Positions 61,586 through 64,000 of a DNA stretch of 64,000 bases are shown here, in pieces. The notes beneath the pieces were generated by a model. It was not told the origin of the DNA, made no database searches, and worked only from the letters and a program-made list of their open reading frames with translations. How positions within the stretch are numbered: the stretch's first letter is position 1; each line of letters starts with the position of its first letter. The position numbers and the translations under genes are program-made. Origin of the DNA: Malacoraja senta (Eukaryota); assembly GCA_038087875.1 (NCBI GenBank), contig JAXLNO010000260.1:248001-312000 (forward strand). Reading direction: 5' to 3'.

Positions 61586-62004
61586 AGTGACACTGTGCTG
61601 CCCCTATGTGATAAAGATAGGAAAATAATGCTACATGGTAAACAGGTCCACTTGTTAGAGGTAGGGTGTTTGGAATAGATTTAGCTGATTCAAGCCTTAA
61701 GGGAAAAACAAAATACTGAAGACACTGGAAATTGAAATAGAAGCAGAAAATGTTGTAGATACTCAGGTCAGGTAGCATCTAAGGAGAATGAAACAAAGTT
61801 AACCTTTCAGGTGATGGCCTTGTACCAGAAATGGTTAAATGTTGTTATCCTGAATATTAACTGTAGTTAGCTGCCTGATCTTCAAAGTATTAACCAGTAT
61901 TTCTCTTTATTAAAGGTGATATCTTGATCCTGCCAACTCATTGTTTGGATTCAGTGGAGAATGATATTTTCATTAAATATCTTTTCATCGTTGAAAATTA
62001 AAAC

Positions 62005-62135
62005 AAAATTGCAGATGTTGGGTGTATGAAGTAAAAACAGAAAATGCTGTAAAATAAACTCAGCCGGCCAGGTACCATCAGTGGAAAGAGGAACACTTAA
62101 TGTTTCAGGTTTGGAACCCTTCATCAGCACAGAGC
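62005..62135 (-). mobile_element. Penelope terminal fragment with hammerhead-like motif
   Basis: Minus strand CUGAUGA-AGGGUUCCAAACCU-GAAAC-AUU. Confidence 0.65.
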
Positions 62136-62464
62136 AGGAGAAAAGCAAGTTAGTTCATGTACTGGAGAGGGAGAGTCAGAAAAATGGTCCCATTGTATGG
62201 CTGTCATTCCTGTATGAATTATACCAGTTCTGCATCTAATTGTCTTCACAAAAGTTAGCTATTGCCTAGATTTTTGGAAGAAAATGTACATTGATTTGGA
62301 TCTATTTCTGCAGTAGATTTTATTTAGAAAATAAATTTACAAGTAGTAGTTATGGTTTTCTAAACCATGAGAATAAAATTGCTCAATGCATACACCAACT
62401 ATCTACCAAATTGAACCACAGAGATTGTATGCAACATCTATCTCTAGCCATTTATCCTTGACAT

Positions 62465-63600
62465 TTAGCCTGTTGGTGTGGGACTTCAGGCTTCTTTACT
62501 CCATATCCGATGGTAGCAAAAAGAAGATGGAGTGGTCTGCATGGTGAGGATCCTTGATGATAGATGCCGCCTTCTTGAGGCAGCGCCTAATATAGATGTA
62601 ATTGGGGAGGGTAGTGCCGATTGAGTTGAGCCAACCGGACTGAATCCGCCCACTCTCTGCAGCCTCTTGTGTTGGAATTGCCAGAACAAGCCATGATGCA
62701 ATCAGTCAGGATACTTTCTACAATGCAATTGTAGAAGCTTCTTTGAAGTTTACTTAATGTTATATTTGATGACAATTATCTTTAGTTGGTAAATCTATCA
62801 TTGTCCTTTCCTGGACAATCTGGAAGGAGAATTTGCAGACATCTTTAATCTCTCCCTACTCCATTCTGAGGATCCCACCTCCTTTAAAAAGACCGCTATC
62901 ATTTGGGTACCAAAGAAAAGCAATATATCATGCCTACTGTCTACTGCCTCTGACATTCATGGTCATGAGGTGATTCAAGAGGCTGGTCAATGTGAACATT
63001 AACTCCAGCCTTCCGGACAGCATAGATCCACTGTAGTTTGCTTACTGTCGCAACAGGTCCATGGCTGACGCCATCTCCCAAGCCCTACACTCAGCACTGG
63101 AAACTCCAGATTTCAAGGGCACCCTCGTCAGACTCCTATTTACCGGCTGTAGCTTCGCCTTCAATAACATAACCCATGCAAACTCATCTCCAAACTCCTG
63201 AACCTAGGAGTCAGCCACTGCCTCTGGATCCTTGACTTTATGACCCATAGATCATAAACAGTGAGGAAAGGTGGCAAAACGTTCTTCACAATAATTCCCA
63301 ATGCATGTGCCCCACAAGATTGCATTCTCGGTCCTATATTTGTTATGTACTCATGACTGTGCAGCTAAATTCCACTCTAGCTCCATTTGATAGTTTGCAG
63401 CTGACGCATTGTAGTGGACTGAGTCTGGAAAAATGAGTCCGAATATAAGAAGGAGAAAGAGAGCTTAGAATCTTGCCATCAAGACAACAACCTTTCCATT
63501 AATGTCAGCAAGACAGCGGTGTTAGTTATTGACGTCAGAAAGCGAGGTGAAGTTCATGTCCTAATCAGCATCAATGGAGATGGAGGAGAGCATGTTCCTA
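62465..63600. mobile_element. Old Rex1/Babar RT fragments in head-to-head orientation
   Basis: Minus 62465-62775 has FYNCIVESILTDCI. Plus 62825-63600 has ADIFNLSL...FKKTAII.VPKK, DPL.FAY..NRSMADAIS and FAAD remnants. Confidence 0.75.
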
Positions 63601-64000
63601 ACACCCAGACTAAGGTAGTTAGGTATTCTCCAATGGCAGATGCATTGAAGGAAGCACCAAATGCTATCACAGCTTACAGTAGTTTGGCAACAACTCTGCC
63701 CAAAATCGCAATAAATTGTACAGAGTCTTTCAGCAACATCACATTCTGATAAAAGAATAAAGCTAAAAGGAAGTAGTGATAAAACAACAACCATTCTGTA
63801 ATTAAGGTTATAAGTAATAACTGAGGCATTGATATGCATATTGATGCAGCCGTTTTAGTCAAATATAATTGGTAAGAAGAACTTAAAAAAATTAAAATTA
63901 TACTCTGCTTTGATCTTAATGTATTGGGTCAATTGCAATTAAGTTAAGATTGCAGAAGCAAAATCTATTGATTTTAGCATATGATTATCATAACAGACCA

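Overview
This is eukaryotic, repeat-dense, non-coding DNA, either intronic or intergenic. The repeat inventory (HE1/V-SINE-like SINEs, HER1-like CR1 LINEs, abundant Penelope-like remnants) points to a cartilaginous fish, probably a skate or ray; this is inference from recalled repeat families, not a search result. No intact host gene or intact transposon ORF could be supported. Non-LTR elements include a nearly full ORF2 CR1 pseudogene (9.2-12.3 kb) with an inverted sister copy (23.0-24.4 kb), an L1 with a 4.4-kb twin-priming-type 5' inversion and TSD (38.9-45.1 kb), a Hero-like RLE-endonuclease LINE with a structured 3' UTR (49.4-51.4 kb), and Tx1 and Rex1 fragments. A DIRS tyrosine-recombinase element (51.4-57.2 kb) keeps intact ITR/ICR signals but has lost its RT core. 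DNA elements include non-autonomous Helitrons (one tandem set, one carrying a 48-bp minisatellite), PIF/Harbinger-like MITEs, and two copies of an unclassified transposon with GTAG...CTAC ends and 5-bp TSDs. About ten Penelope terminal-repeat copies carry minimal hammerhead ribozyme motifs, several in fold-back form. I cannot demonstrate a new biological system. The best candidates for a second look are the unclassified 5-bp-TSD transposon, the fold-back hammerhead mini-elements, the RT-less DIRS and the Hero 3' UTR fold.
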